A DNA stretch of 64,000 nt from contig JASCQW010000027.1 of the NCBI GenBank assembly GCA_030264375.1, positions 26,760,105 to 26,824,104 on the forward strand, in the 5' to 3' direction. A program made the translations under genes and the position numbers. The number at the start of each line of letters is the position of its first letter. The stretch's first letter is position 1. Below are positions 61,621-64,000 of the stretch, in pieces. The DNA comes from Carcharhinus longimanus. Taxonomy: Eukaryota. Under the pieces are notes generated by a model. It saw nothing but the letters and a program-made list of their open reading frames with translations. It had not been told where the DNA came from and searched no databases.

Positions 61621-62393
61621 TTATACCCGCCTTTGTAAACTATTTGGTTTATGCTAAATGTATTCAGATTCAAGCACAACACAGTGTCAGATATTTTTAT
61701 TCTGGCGAGTAAGCCATCTCAAGTGCAGATTGGAGTGATTTACTTTTTATTTCAAATGTATATATAATTACCATTCATTGTTGGTGGGAAAATATGGCAC
61801 AACTGGCATCTTAGATTTACTATACTAAGAACAATAAGTAAACAAGAAATAAAAGATAAATCAACAAATGAAATAAGAGTAAGCCATTCTGCCCCTCAAA
61901 TCTGTTCTGCCATTCAACTAGATCACGGCTGAAATACCATAACACTATTTTCCTGCATGATTCCCATATCTTTTGAAGTCTTTAATATATAGAAATCTCG
62001 GAAAAATCAAGATACTAATGGCTTCAGTGACTGGGGATAAGCTAAAAGCTGTCCATCATAATAATACATGCCATTAGTTAAAAATCACATTTGTGCATTA
62101 TATTGATAAGCTGGATTATTCTCAAAGAAAGCAACATAAAAATCAAATTTGCAGGTTGGTAGATCACTAGACATTCCAAAACATTGTCTCCCATCTAGCC
62201 AAGTCACAAACACAAGGAGGCAAGAAGATGCCAGTATTCTCCCATCAACGAGTGGTAATTATATATACATATTGAAATAGAAAGGTGAATCATGCCAAGC
62301 TGCACCTGAGATGGCTTACTTGCCAGAGTAAAAGCAGCATGAAAGCATGACACACTCCTCATCATCAGCAAATGGCATAGAGTGTAGGTATAA
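61621..62393. mobile_element. Foldback/MITE-like element with long inverted arms, interrupted by a CR1 tail (61825-62000, minus)
   Basis: 61685-61812 is an approximate reverse complement of 62225-62352. Confidence 0.7.
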
Positions 62394-63611
62394 CTTTTCC
62401 TTAAATAACAGATAAGATGTTACCTATATAAAATTAGTAGCTACACTTCAAATATCAGTTCATTGGACATGAGGCACTTTTGATCATGAAGGAACACCAC
62501 ATAAAAGCAAATATTTTCTACGTTAAAACCTTCTGATTTAATACTGTGGACTTCAAAGTTGTTCATTTTCTTTAGTAAGCAGTTAACAATCAATGTATGC
62601 ACATTCCATCAGGAAATTAAAATCTTCTAGCAGTTGCCACCACTTAAACATACAAGGTGTTCATAAATCACTGTTTAAATTACTTTTGTTCACTTAGGAT
62701 GTAATTTCCAGCTACCCAGCCAGATCCCTTGACTGTCCCAGCTTACAACGGAGTTCACAAACAACATTTCCCAAAATATTCAACCTATCAGGGCTGTGTA
62801 ATTCTATGTGGGTTGTATAATGCACATGCAAATATTTTACATTCATAAACACACAAAAACCCCTAACATCCTGGTGAGGCTAACATTACACAAAGCAATA
62901 CTCATCAGATTTCCAGTAGTGTTATTTAAGGGTAATCTGGGCCCTGGAGCATGGCAGTGATTTAACTGCTAACCTGGCCTGTCCCATCAAGGCAATGGCA
63001 TAAAGACTCCCAGTGGGAATCCAGATAATTATAGGTGCTTGTAAATTCCTCTGGTCAATTAGGGGTCAATAAAGCTTGTAAATGCAAGGATGCAGGACCA
63101 AATGCCTAGTTTTCTTTCTCTTTGTAAGGATGGTTTTGCACTGGGTAATACACTTTGATATGTGAAATGAGGAGGGTGTGTGTTAAAGGGAAGACTCATA
63201 TTAAACATTTCTTGTACTTTTTAATGCACTAAGGAAAATCTCTTATGCTATTGTTCACAGTAGAAAACAGCTTATTTTGAAATCATAACTGTTTTGTCAC
63301 ACAAGATTTCATATCAGGGTCACTGATTTATGGTGACTGCTGAAATCAAGTTCTTTATACATGGCATTCTGGTGCTTTGGAGATTGATTTCCACAGCATT
63401 GTTCCATATTCTGATAAAAGAGTAAGTCAGTGGCCCTTTTAGCTTTTTTTTGAATTCAGGGATACACAACATGATGGTGTTGAAGACATTTGTTGAAAGT
63501 AGATATCTAGTATTTAGCAAGTCAGTAAGGTAAAGTTTAGCTGCATCACAGGGCAATGCGGGCTTTTATAACAATGGGAATGATTTTAGGCTTCTTTAAA
63601 AGTGAGGATTT

Positions 63612-63778
63612 AGAATCATAGAATCTCTGCAGTACAGAAGGAGGCCATTTGACCCAAGACTGTACTGAGCACAATCCCACCCAGGCCCTATTCTCGTAAC
63701 CCTCATTTACCCTGCCACTCCCCCTGACATTAGGGTCAATTTAGTATAGCCGATCAACCAATCTAACCCATACATGTG
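63612..63778 (-). mobile_element. HE1-type SINE 3' half
   Basis: agaatcatagaatct..cagtacagaaggaggccatt..caatcccacccaggcccta. Confidence 0.8.
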
Positions 63779-64000
63779 TGGGCCAGTATAAAAGGGTGTG
63801 ATGCTTCCAGAAGGTGAGTTTAGTTGAGTATCCAACATACAGCAAACTAACTGGTCAGCATCTTCACGTGATGGAAATTGCTTCGCAATGACTGAAGGCC
63901 GTCCACACTATCCCTGTTGGTACAGTGGTGTACCCGAGACACTAGTTTAAAACAAAATCACAAACAGTCCCTCAAGTCGTCACTGGAGTTCACCAACTCC

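Noticed and set aside
34698-62833. Octamer ATGCAAAT enrichment as a pluripotency enhancer signature
   Set aside because: About seven hits in 64 kb of AT-rich DNA is near chance, and none forms a clear Sox-Oct composite.
1-64000. let-7 or other miRNA hairpins, CRISPR arrays, prokaryotic systems
   Set aside because: No let-7-like TGAGGTAG hairpin was recognised (the 53887 hit lies in an L2 remnant), and the sequence is clearly vertebrate.

Overview
Repeat-rich eukaryotic DNA from a draft assembly with 12 N-gaps. The repeat families (HE1-type V-SINEs, HER1/CR1 LINEs, DeuSINE, Rex1/Babar LINE, Penelope-type ends) point to a shark. The only host gene I can support is the 5' part of LIN28B on the minus strand. 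Coding exon 2 (first half of the cold-shock domain) lies at 40947-41128. Exon 1 and the promoter lie at about 42.07-42.3 kb, with the start codon probably hidden in the gap at 41804-42065. Positions 1-40946 are intron 2; I found no exon 3. Nearly all other ORF-track entries are retroelement fragments or spurious. The most notable observations are: (1) two families of minimal hammerhead-ribozyme motifs in short Penelope-type repeats, one with a compensatory U3-A8 core, clustered just upstream of LIN28B; (2) a candidate conserved uORF in the LIN28B leader; (3) one V-SINE body carrying two different LINE-derived tails; (4) a SINE split across 6.2 kb, suggesting misassembly or a rearrangement; (5) a foldback element at 61.6-62.4 kb. 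Repeat family names and human comparisons come from recall and need database confirmation. Repeat boundaries are approximate.
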